DNA from: an uncultured Ignavibacteriales bacterium
GTDB lineage: Bacteria > Zixibacteria > MSB-5A5 > GN15 > FEB-12
Direction: 5' to 3'
Assembly (NCBI GenBank): GCA_964540105.1
Contig: CAZILL010000001.1
Location: 315,649-379,648 of the forward strand
Length of the DNA stretch: 64,000 nucleotides
Part shown: positions 17,555-25,680 of the stretch, piece by piece
Layout: the number at the start of each line of letters is the position of its first letter
Numbering within the stretch: the stretch's first letter is position 1
Translations under genes and position numbers: made by a program
Notes under the pieces: generated by a model
The model's input: only the letters and a program-made list of their open reading frames with translations
Database searches by the model: none
Told to the model about the DNA's origin: nothing

Positions 17555-19132
17555 CTACCATTCATGGCACTGCTTGCAAGCCGTTTTGTCGATGTTGAGC
17601 TTGCCATGTTCTGCGACTGTGTGGCATGTGCTGCAGGCCAATTCGAGTTCCTTAATGTGCATTTGATGCGGCAATTTCTTGTTGTCGTACGGTACAGTTT
17701 CCGCGACGGGCTTAAGCTTGTGACAAAACGTGAGGCAACTGTTCTCGGGCTTCAATCCGGCTCCGCGGCCGGGCGCCTGAAATGAGCTGCTGAGGGCGGA
17801 CATCGCCCGCTCCATCCGGTCGGCGCCGGAATTCAACAGGTACAGGGCGTAGCGAATGTTGTGTGAGATGTGCCCTTCTTTCACAAATCCCAGATTGAAC
17901 TCGGCGCTGCTGATCGCCTCCTGAGCGCTGGTTCGCGCCCTTTGATTGCCACCGATTTTATCGAACGATGATTTAATCCCCGTGAGATATGCGTCGTAGT
18001 CGGCCAACACTCGCTTGCTTCCGTCGAGCCAGTTGTCGAACATCAGTTCGAAGCCCTCACCATGGCAGGTCACACATGATGCCCTTTGCGCCTCCTTTCG
18101 CTGCTGTAAAGCGAGCGGTTCCCCTTGCGGTGTGGAGTGCGTGTGGCAACCGGTGCAGGAGACCTGGGCGGCGAACATCGGACTTGGCATATCGAGCGTA
18201 TCGCGCCCACCAATGCCCATGTACATCTGCTTGGGTCGATTGTGCTGACGAAGGTGGCAGTTCTCGCACTGAATCTCCAGCGCGCTCACCATCTCAAAAT
18301 TGCCATGCTCTATGTCGGAGTGGCACTTGAAGCAATCGATCCCATTCGTCGTGACGTGGATAGAATGCAGCTGTTCGCGCGTGTATTCCTGTCGGGAGCG
18401 TTCGACATGGCACGAATAGCACTTTGCCTCAGGCACTGAGCCGTCCCCTTTGACAATGCGCGTGTGGCACTGTTTACACTCCACCTTAAGCTTCAGGTAC
18501 GGGGCGTGATCAAAGCTGAACCCGGCATGCTCGACGGTTGCCGTCGGCATCCCATGACAGGCGTCGCATCCGGTAATCGCCTCGCCCTGACCGGCATCCT
18601 TGAAGTGACAGACAAAGCAGCTCTTGTCGTTGACTGCCATATGTTCCTTCGAGATATCTTCATTGAACTGAACGATCTGATTATGGCACGAGGTGCAGCG
18701 GAGCTTCTCTCCGCGCAGAGGTTTTTCGAGATGTTTGGTGTGGTCGAAGGCGATTCCCTTGCGGTATTGAGTCGTCCCCTGGAGCAGGCGCAGTTGATGG
18801 CAGTCAGACGCCAGACAGCTCTCGTCGTGGACGTTTGCCTTTGGCCGACTATTGAAGGTTCCCGACCAGTACTTCAGGGTCGAGAGTGTAAGCCGCGCAA
18901 CGCCGTAATCATGGCACGCCACACAGGTCACTGACGCGTGGCCGGAGGTTTTCCAGTGGCGCACGTATGGTTCCATGTAGTGGCATGACTCGCAGAAACT
19001 CGCCTGATAAGTTTTGTACTTGAGCGCCGCTCCAACCAGAGCGAGCAGAACCACGAGAACCCCTGTCGCCATGATCAGTGTTCGGGCGTGACGCAGGAAG
19101 GTGGCGGAAAGGTCGCGAAAGAATGAGATCAT
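17555..19132 (-). CDS. N-terminally anchored multihaem c-type cytochrome with a NapC/NirT/NrfH-like head
   Basis: N-terminal TM helix (ATGVLVVLLALVGAAL). The head is FCESCHYMEP...CVACH. There are 13 CXXCH sites plus CLASDCH (CX4CH) and CLTFCH (CX3CH). The start overlaps the upstream cytochrome b stop (ATGA). Confidence 0.85.
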   Translation of the reverse strand: MISFFRDLSATFLRHARTLIMATGVLVVLLALVGAALKYKTYQASFCESCHYMEPYVRHWKTSGHASVTCVACHDYGVARLTLSTLKYWSGTFNSRPKANVHDESCLASDCHQLRLLQGTTQYRKGIAFDHTKHLEKPLRGEKLRCTSCHNQIVQFNEDISKEHMAVNDKSCFVCHFKDAGQGEAITGCDACHGMPTATVEHAGFSFDHAPYLKLKVECKQCHTRIVKGDGSVPEAKCYSCHVERSRQEYTREQLHSIHVTTNGIDCFKCHSDIEHGNFEMVSALEIQCENCHLRQHNRPKQMYMGIGGRDTLDMPSPMFAAQVSCTGCHTHSTPQGEPLALQQRKEAQRASCVTCHGEGFELMFDNWLDGSKRVLADYDAYLTGIKSSFDKIGGNQRARTSAQEAISSAEFNLGFVKEGHISHNIRYALYLLNSGADRMERAMSALSSSFQAPGRGAGLKPENSCLTFCHKLKPVAETVPYDNKKLPHQMHIKELELACSTCHTVAEHGKLNIDKTACKQCHEW

Positions 19133-20079
19133 GATCCTGCCTTTCGCTCAGATTCATTGTCGGTTTGTTCGCGAACGAGAGTCTCGCGTTCGGCGTTAAT
19201 GATCTCGGCATACTCAAGCGGGTGATGGTGTTTCATTTCGCTTTCGGTGAGCGTGCCGCGCCACCAGACCCAACTCATCGGGAAGACTTCGGGATTGAAG
19301 TGAACATTGTAGAAGTGCCAGACAATGATGGCCAGCGTGGCCAGAAGCCCTTCGTCGGAGTGGGCTTCCCGAGCGATATCAAAGATATCTTTCGCAAAGT
19401 TCTCCTTGAACCACAGGATCAGCCCCGACCCGATCATGACTACCATGCCCCAGTAGACCGCCCAGTAGTCGAATTTTTCGATGAACGAAAAGCGCCCAAA
19501 TTTCGGTCCCGAGGTTTTTCGACCGAGATAGTACATGATGGTCTGGAACGCGTCAACGGCGTCGCGTGGTCGCGGGATCATCAGGAAGAAATCGCGCCGC
19601 CCCATCCGGGAGGCAACGATATAGACCAGATGCCACCCTCCGACGATGATCAGTCCCGTGGCGGCGATGCGATGCACGAGCGTGGAGCTTTGCAGTCCTC
19701 CGAAAATATTGATGATGATAAACTTGGAGATGCCAAACGACGGGAACTTGAGCGGAATGCCGGTGATGATCAGGAAGATAACCGACACGAACATGAGCAT
19801 GTGTTGCGCTCGGAAGTTTTTGCCGAAGCGAAGAAATGTCCGCTCGGTGGCGTCGACAATCACCCGGGCCTTTCGAACGCCGAAGCGGGTGACTACTTCA
19901 CTGAACGCGACGTTGGCCTCGAATCGAAGTCGCTCGTTGATTTCAGCGGAGGCTTTGTTGAGCTCATCCGTACTGATTTTGGGATCAATAAGCGGGCGGG
20001 CCGAGTCGATGATGCTCTGAGTTAAGTCATCGACCAGCTGATCACGTTTATGCTGTCGTTCGCGCGTGTTGTCGTCCAT
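19129..20079 (-). CDS. Four-TM b-type cytochrome, FdnI/HydC/PhsC-like
   Basis: The entry motif is RFGKNFRAQH, followed by 4 hydrophobic helices. His residues lie in TM1 (QHML), TM2 (VHRIA...GGWH) and TM4 (VWHFYNVH). There is an N-terminal hydrophilic extension of about 85 aa. Confidence 0.7.
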   Translation of the reverse strand: MDDNTRERQHKRDQLVDDLTQSIIDSARPLIDPKISTDELNKASAEINERLRFEANVAFSEVVTRFGVRKARVIVDATERTFLRFGKNFRAQHMLMFVSVIFLIITGIPLKFPSFGISKFIIINIFGGLQSSTLVHRIAATGLIIVGGWHLVYIVASRMGRRDFFLMIPRPRDAVDAFQTIMYYLGRKTSGPKFGRFSFIEKFDYWAVYWGMVVMIGSGLILWFKENFAKDIFDIAREAHSDEGLLATLAIIVWHFYNVHFNPEVFPMSWVWWRGTLTESEMKHHHPLEYAEIINAERETLVREQTDNESERKAGS

Positions 20080-20082
20080 AGC

Positions 20083-21135
20083 TTACTGTTTGGCGCGAGC
20101 CGCCTTGGCTCTCCGGAAGAGGTCCAGAAGGATGAACAGAAACAATCCGATTAGAGTCGAAATGGTCAGAATGGCAAAGAACTTGGTTATATAGTACAGT
20201 AATCCGGAGTCTTCGCTCTCGGGATCGACGTGGATTTTCCCTGACGCGAACTGGGGCGTAGCTTCGGGATGGCACCCCGCTTTCCCACAGGTTGTGACAA
20301 TATTTCCGGCGTTGATCGACGACTTTGGATCTTCGGCGCGTCGAATGTCGTGAACACCGTGACACGACGCGCAGTTTGCGACAGTCGTGTTTTGCATCAC
20401 CCGGGCGATTCCGTGGAACGAATGCTCATAGGTCGCCGAGCGATCGGTCTTGATGCCGTACTTGGCAACCACACCGACCGGACCGTGACATTTTGTGCAT
20501 GTACCGGCAATATTGGTGGCGGCGACCTGTGATGATGGGTCGTCGGGACGTCGGATATTGTGCTCGCCATGACAGGAGGAGCAATCCGGGGCATCCAGAA
20601 TTCCCTTGGCAAGCGCTGCTCCGTGAACCGACTCGCGATACGTAGCGTAGATTTCTATGTGGCATCGCCCGCACGTCTTCGGGCGGTTCATTTTGAAGAT
20701 CGTTGATTTGGAAGAGTCAGGAGGCAGAACGTCGTGGGTACCGTGACAATCCTGACAGACCGGGGCTTTGGCGTTCCCTTTGATCACTTCCATGCCGTGA
20801 ACCGAATGTTCGTATTGGTCGTAGAGTTCACCTTGAGGGGCGCCAACGGGATTCCCGGAGTAGTGACAACGTTTACAGTTGACCTTCTGTACCTCCTTGT
20901 GCGGAATCGCGACGACATCGATGTGACAGTCGGTGCACGGCCGCGCAGCGTGGGTGGAACCCTTCAGGACGGATTCGTCGACAAACAGACTTACCTTGCG
21001 ACCGGTCAATTCAGTTTTCGAGAAATCGCTTTTCCCATGGCACAACAGGCACTTCTCGACCGCTCTGCCGTCGATCGCGCATGACAATAGCGCGATGAGC
21101 CCAACAGAATACAGGCGCACTCTGAATCGCTGCAT
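20083..21135 (-). CDS. C-terminally anchored multihaem c-type cytochrome (8 CXXCH + 1 CX4CH)
   Basis: It has a signal peptide. Haem sites are CLLCH, CTDCH, CKRCH, CQDCH, CGRCH, CSSCH, CTKCH and CASCH, plus CGKAGCH. A recurring S.HG...C..CHG.H unit is present. The C-terminal TM helix is followed by a basic tail. Confidence 0.85.
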   Translation of the reverse strand: MQRFRVRLYSVGLIALLSCAIDGRAVEKCLLCHGKSDFSKTELTGRKVSLFVDESVLKGSTHAARPCTDCHIDVVAIPHKEVQKVNCKRCHYSGNPVGAPQGELYDQYEHSVHGMEVIKGNAKAPVCQDCHGTHDVLPPDSSKSTIFKMNRPKTCGRCHIEIYATYRESVHGAALAKGILDAPDCSSCHGEHNIRRPDDPSSQVAATNIAGTCTKCHGPVGVVAKYGIKTDRSATYEHSFHGIARVMQNTTVANCASCHGVHDIRRAEDPKSSINAGNIVTTCGKAGCHPEATPQFASGKIHVDPESEDSGLLYYITKFFAILTISTLIGLFLFILLDLFRRAKAARAKQ

Positions 21136-21140
21136 GCCGC

Positions 21141-22337
21141 CTATGCCACCCTCTTGATGCGTCGCCGGTATTCGAGCACACGGTATGTGATGAAGCCGAG
21201 GATCAGGATCGAGATGAACCAGATATAGAACTTACGAACGTAGAACTGCCCGCCGGAACTCGGCTCGGTGGCCGAACTGTGCACGGTTCCCTTGGCGAAA
21301 TCGGCCGGAAGGTCCTGATGACACTGGCCGCAGGTCGTCTCCACATTTGCAGTGTTGATCATCGAGCGAGGATCGGTCTGTGGGTATATATTGTGAACGC
21401 CGTGGCAGGATGCGCAATTCGCAACCCGCTTGTCCCCGAGTTCTCCGGCCGCTCCGTGAAATGACTCCTTGAATGTTCCGATCCGATCGGATTTGAGACC
21501 GTACTTGGCAACAATCTTCTCCGAGGCATGACAGTCCGAACAGGTCCTCGACACACTGGTTGTAAAGACACGCGATGTTGGATCCAGATGCGCCTTGATG
21601 TCATGCTCACCATGGCAATTGGTGCAGGTCGGAGAATCAAGAACTCCTTTGTCCAGCGCCACTCCGTGCACCGATTCGGAATAGAGTTTGGCAATATCAC
21701 CATGACACTTAGCACAGGTGGATGCGATGTGAGTCTTGTAGATAGGACTCCCCGGCTGGTCGGCCGGGAGAAAAGAATGGCTGCCATGACAGTCGACACA
21801 GGCCGGCGCGCCTGCTTTTCCGTCGACCATGAGAGCCCGGCCATGAATCGAGTTCTCATACGCTTTGATCACGGTCGGTTTGGGCAGATTTGCGACCTGC
21901 TCGGTAAGGTTCTGGTCTTCATGACAGGCGACGCAAATCTTCACTGAATTCTTGTGATTCGTATGTGCGTTAGGATTCGCGATCGCCAGCACATCGTGCC
22001 CGCCGTGACAGGTCACGCACGTTGGGATTCTCTCAATGTTTGCCTTCCGGCCGGCCACGTGTGGCGACTGGTTGTATCCCTCTGCTTCTGCAGCATGGCA
22101 CTGACCGCAGAAGACGACTTTCGTTCCTTTGTGATTTTTCGCCGGATCTACCGTGTGGCATTCAGTACAAGGCAAGGAAGCATGAATCGAACCCTTCAGC
22201 ACAGACGTATCGACGACGACAGCTTTCGATAGTCCCTTGGGTCGCCCCTGTCCGTGACAGGTAAGGCATCGGTCATCCGGCGCTGGGGCAGCGGTCGCCA
22301 GCAAGAGCACAATTGCCGCGACATAAAAAGGATTCAT
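21141..22337 (-). CDS. C-terminally anchored undecahaem c-type cytochrome
   Basis: I chose the ATG at 22337, which is preceded by AAGGAA and gives the signal peptide MNPFYVAAIVLLLATAAPA. There are 11 CXXCH motifs. A C-terminal TM helix (FYIWFISILILGFITYRVL) is followed by a basic tail. Confidence 0.85.
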   Translation of the reverse strand: MNPFYVAAIVLLLATAAPAPDDRCLTCHGQGRPKGLSKAVVVDTSVLKGSIHASLPCTECHTVDPAKNHKGTKVVFCGQCHAAEAEGYNQSPHVAGRKANIERIPTCVTCHGGHDVLAIANPNAHTNHKNSVKICVACHEDQNLTEQVANLPKPTVIKAYENSIHGRALMVDGKAGAPACVDCHGSHSFLPADQPGSPIYKTHIASTCAKCHGDIAKLYSESVHGVALDKGVLDSPTCTNCHGEHDIKAHLDPTSRVFTTSVSRTCSDCHASEKIVAKYGLKSDRIGTFKESFHGAAGELGDKRVANCASCHGVHNIYPQTDPRSMINTANVETTCGQCHQDLPADFAKGTVHSSATEPSSGGQFYVRKFYIWFISILILGFITYRVLEYRRRIKRVA

Positions 22338-22375
22338 AACACCATTCCTTGTTAGTTTTTTCACAAACTCCCCTA

Positions 22376-22403
22376 AATATATCGATATAGATTTGTAACG
22401 CAA
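22376..22403 (-). promoter_or_regulatory. Sigma70-like promoter candidate for the cytochrome operon (TTGCGT-N16-TATATT)
   Basis: Read on the minus strand, TTGCGT lies at 22403-22398 and TATATT at 22381-22376, about 40 nt upstream of the 22337 start. It overlaps a 10-bp palindrome, ATATCGATAT. Confidence 0.3.
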
Positions 22404-22465
22404 CAGGATTCTCTGGAGTCGCCTGTCTTTATTGCTGATTTCCTGCGCCGTGAGGGCGGGTGAAC

Positions 22466-23155
22466 CTACTTGTTGCCGTTACCGTTTAGGTCAATCTGGC
22501 CATCTTTGAGGCGAACGATGCGAGTGGTCTGCTTGGCGATATTGGCGTCGTGCGTGATAATGATGATCGTCTTACCCGAATTCCAGAGCTCGTAGAATAA
22601 CTTGACAATCTCTCCACCCGACTTGCTGTCCAGATTGCCGGTTGGCTCATCGGCCAGAATGATGTCCGGTTCGTTGGCCAGGGCGCGCGCAATGGCTACC
22701 CGTTGCATCTCACCGCCCGACATTTCCGTGGGCTTGTTGTTGACCTTGTCGCTCAGCCCGACCCGCATGAGCAGCTCCATAATCCGATCGCGACGTTTAC
22801 GAGCGTTGGTGCGGGCGAAGAGCAGTGGCAGCTCGACGTTCTCATAGGCTGTGGCATAGGGAAGCAGGTTGAACGCCTGAAACACAAACCCGATCCGCTG
22901 ATTTCGGATGTCGGCAAGCTGGTTTGGACTCAGCGTGTTGACCAGACTCCCGTCGAGACGGTATTCTCCCTCGGATGGGATATCGAGGCAGCCGATGATA
23001 TTCATCAGTGTTGATTTCCCCGAACCTGACGGACCGACGACGGCGATCAGTTCACCACGTTTGACCTCGAAGTCGACCCCTTTGAGAGCCTGGAAGGGAA
23101 CTTTGCCCGTCAGGTAGTTCTTCTCGACTCGCTTCATATCGATGATAGTGTTCAT
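22466..23155 (-). CDS. ABC transporter ATP-binding protein, MacB/LolD-type
   Basis: Walker [10 protein letters not shown], signature MSGGEMQR and Walker [14 protein letters not shown] preferred the ATG at 23155 over the GTG at 23167 because of its spacing to GAGGTGG. Confidence 0.9.
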   Translation of the reverse strand: MNTIIDMKRVEKNYLTGKVPFQALKGVDFEVKRGELIAVVGPSGSGKSTLMNIIGCLDIPSEGEYRLDGSLVNTLSPNQLADIRNQRIGFVFQAFNLLPYATAYENVELPLLFARTNARKRRDRIMELLMRVGLSDKVNNKPTEMSGGEMQRVAIARALANEPDIILADEPTGNLDSKSGGEIVKLFYELWNSGKTIIIITHDANIAKQTTRIVRLKDGQIDLNGNGNK

Positions 23156-23175
23156 TCCGCTTTCCACCTCGCCTG

Positions 23176-24423
23176 CTATTCGTACCTGAGCGAATCGACC
23201 GGATTCACCTTTGAGGCCTTGAGCGCCGGGAACAGCCCCGACAAGACGCCCATAACACCCAGGATCAACACCACGACCAACCCGATCTGGAAGGAGATGG
23301 TAGGCCGACCGAGCCAGTCAAAGATCTCCGATTTGATCGGCACGCGCTTGAAAGCCTCCGTTCCGAGGTAGCTGATGAACATCCCTCCGAATCCCCCGAT
23401 CACCGTGATGATCATCGCTTCCACTAGAAACTGCGCTGTGATGTATGAACGGCGCGCTCCAAGAGCCATCTTAATACCGATCTCCCGGGTGCGCTCTTTG
23501 ATCGACACGTACATGATATTCGCGACACCAACACCGGCGATGAGCAGGGTCAGACCGCCGATGATCCCAAGGAACATCTGCAGGCCGATCATAATCTTTC
23601 CCAGCACGGCGTTCTCTTCGTTAAGATCCCAGACATTGATGGCGCGCTCGTCAGACGGGTCGAACTTGTACTTTGCCGCCAGAACTTCACGGACGCGCTG
23701 CTCCGCGCTCTTGATGTTGGTTTCGGGGAACGGCTTATACATCACCAGTTGCAGGTATCTGTACCCAAAGAGGGTGGAGAAAGTGGTAGCCGGAATCGAT
23801 CCCTTGTTGGCGTCGGGACCGCTGTACATGTTGTTCTGAATCTTGTGAATCATCACCCCAATTACTGTGAAGGGGGTGTTGTTGATAAGGATCTGCTTAC
23901 CAAGCGCGTCTTCGTCGCCGAAAAGAGAGGTCTTCAGTTCGTCCCCAAGAAAGATGACGCGCCGTTTGAGCTGCATGTCGAGATTGTTGATCATGCGCCC
24001 TCCCGATTGCGGATAATGAGTGCGCATTTCCTCGTAGTTGGGATAGATACCGGTCAGATGACCACTCATCACTTTCTCTTTGTAGCGATAAGTGATTCCC
24101 CAATCGGCATATTCACCCCCGACCAGTTTGAGCTCCGGCATTCGCGACTTGAGCAGTTCGACATCCTCAGCCGTGAAGCGAATCCGCCTCCCTTTGTTGA
24201 GCCCTTTGTACGGCTTCGTCGTTTGGCCGGGCCACAGCATGATGATCCCTTCGCCAAGACCTCTCGAATTGATGGTCATCTGGCGTTTCAGCCCTTCACC
24301 GAACGCAAGCAGGAGCATGATCGAGACCGTTCCCCAACCAAGCGCCAGCAACGTGAGCGTGATCCTCTTCTTCTGCTTCCGAAAGTCCCGCAGGAACACG
24401 TTCACGATAATGGTCAACCGCAT
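23176..24423 (-). CDS. ABC transporter permease, FtsX/MacB-type
   Basis: It has an N-terminal TM helix, a large periplasmic domain and a C-terminal FtsX-like 3-TM bundle. Confidence 0.85.
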   Translation of the reverse strand: MRLTIIVNVFLRDFRKQKKRITLTLLALGWGTVSIMLLLAFGEGLKRQMTINSRGLGEGIIMLWPGQTTKPYKGLNKGRRIRFTAEDVELLKSRMPELKLVGGEYADWGITYRYKEKVMSGHLTGIYPNYEEMRTHYPQSGGRMINNLDMQLKRRVIFLGDELKTSLFGDEDALGKQILINNTPFTVIGVMIHKIQNNMYSGPDANKGSIPATTFSTLFGYRYLQLVMYKPFPETNIKSAEQRVREVLAAKYKFDPSDERAINVWDLNEENAVLGKIMIGLQMFLGIIGGLTLLIAGVGVANIMYVSIKERTREIGIKMALGARRSYITAQFLVEAMIITVIGGFGGMFISYLGTEAFKRVPIKSEIFDWLGRPTISFQIGLVVVLILGVMGVLSGLFPALKASKVNPVDSLRYE

Positions 24424-24429
24424 AGCACC

Positions 24430-25665
24430 TCAGAAGAGTTTGATTGCCTGCACAGGCTGCAGGTTGGCGGCTCGCCGCGCCGGGAAGTAGCCGGCGATGA
24501 GCCCAACCACTCCGAGCAGCAAGGTTGTGAAGATGCCGTTGGTAATATCGACGCGGGGCACGCCAATGTACTCTTCGAACTTGAGCAATGGGAACACCGA
24601 GGCGATGAGGTAGGCAAACAGAAACCCGAATATGCCGCCGGTGAAAGTGATCAACAGGGTCTCGAATAGAAACTGGCCGAGGATCATCCCCTTGCGAGCT
24701 CCGAGAGCAATCTTGATTCCGATCTCCTTGGTCCGCTCCTCGATAACGACATGCATGATGTTGGAGACGCCGATTCCACCCGTGATGAGCGTGGCCCCTC
24801 CGATCCCAACGAGGAAGATTTGAAAGGCCATGAAAAAGGTCTTGAGGAATTTGATCCCCTCGGTCGTGTCCCAAATCTGAAGCGCTTCCTTGTCGTCTGG
24901 GTCGTACTTGTATTTCGCGCCCATGATCCGGTGAAGCTCTGCTTTCGCCGTCAGCATAGGCTGGTCAGGTTTGGTTTGCAGGATGAGATTGTCTAAGTAG
25001 ACGCGGGAGTACATCCCGTGAAAGGTCGTCGACGGAATCCAGGCGCGGCGTTCGTCGCGCTGACTGTACGAACTCTGCTGGACTTTGGGTTGCATGACGC
25101 CGATCACCGTGAACGGCACACCGTTGACGAGAAGATTCTCGCCCACCGGGTCAGTCGAACCAAACAGGTCGTTCGCGATCTTATCGCCAAGAAAAACGAC
25201 TCGGCGCTTCGCTTCCATGTCGAGCTCGTTTAGGAATCGTGAACCGGGGCCGGGTATGATGTTGCGCATCTCCGCATATTCCGGCCAGACACCGGCGACA
25301 TTCTGAAGAAAAGTCTTCTTCCCGTTCTGAAGGTTCACGCCCCACTTCATGTATTCCGGAGAAAGCCTGTAGATAGAGTTTGCACGTGTCTTCAGAAGGG
25401 TGGCATCCTCCTCGGTGAAACGGATGTTCCGACCTTTGGGGAGCCCCTGAAAAGTTTTCGACGTGACCCCCGGCCAGATGATCGCGATATCTTCGCCCAA
25501 ACCTCGTTGTCCCTTGATCTGCTGCTCACCGAGCCCTTTACCAAACGCGAAGAGAAGTACAATCGAGCAGGTTCCCCAAAAGATTCCGAACATGGTAAGC
25601 AGCGTGCGCAGCTTCTGACGCCGCATATCGTTCAGGAATTGTCTGACTGAAAGGAGGGGGACCAT
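24430..25665 (-). CDS. ABC transporter permease, FtsX/MacB-type (paralogue)
   Basis: It has the same topology as the 23176-24423 product and is clearly similar to it. Confidence 0.85.
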   Translation of the reverse strand: MVPLLSVRQFLNDMRRQKLRTLLTMFGIFWGTCSIVLLFAFGKGLGEQQIKGQRGLGEDIAIIWPGVTSKTFQGLPKGRNIRFTEEDATLLKTRANSIYRLSPEYMKWGVNLQNGKKTFLQNVAGVWPEYAEMRNIIPGPGSRFLNELDMEAKRRVVFLGDKIANDLFGSTDPVGENLLVNGVPFTVIGVMQPKVQQSSYSQRDERRAWIPSTTFHGMYSRVYLDNLILQTKPDQPMLTAKAELHRIMGAKYKYDPDDKEALQIWDTTEGIKFLKTFFMAFQIFLVGIGGATLITGGIGVSNIMHVVIEERTKEIGIKIALGARKGMILGQFLFETLLITFTGGIFGFLFAYLIASVFPLLKFEEYIGVPRVDITNGIFTTLLLGVVGLIAGYFPARRAANLQPVQAIKLF

Positions 25666-25680
25666 CGGGTGATTCCTTGC

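Noticed and set aside
19165-20025. Long antisense ORFs opposite real genes: 19165-20025 (286 aa), 23749-24669 (306 aa), 25996-26796 (266 aa), 29344-30285 (313 aa), 39614-40522 (302 aa), 50854-51705 (283 aa) and 9478-10299 (273 aa)
   Set aside because: Each lies fully inside a gene on the other strand that has clear family motifs. Their translations are Arg/Gly/His-rich and low in complexity, with no recognisable motifs, signal peptides or RBS. This is typical of shadow ORFs in the antisense frame of GC-moderate, codon-biased genes.
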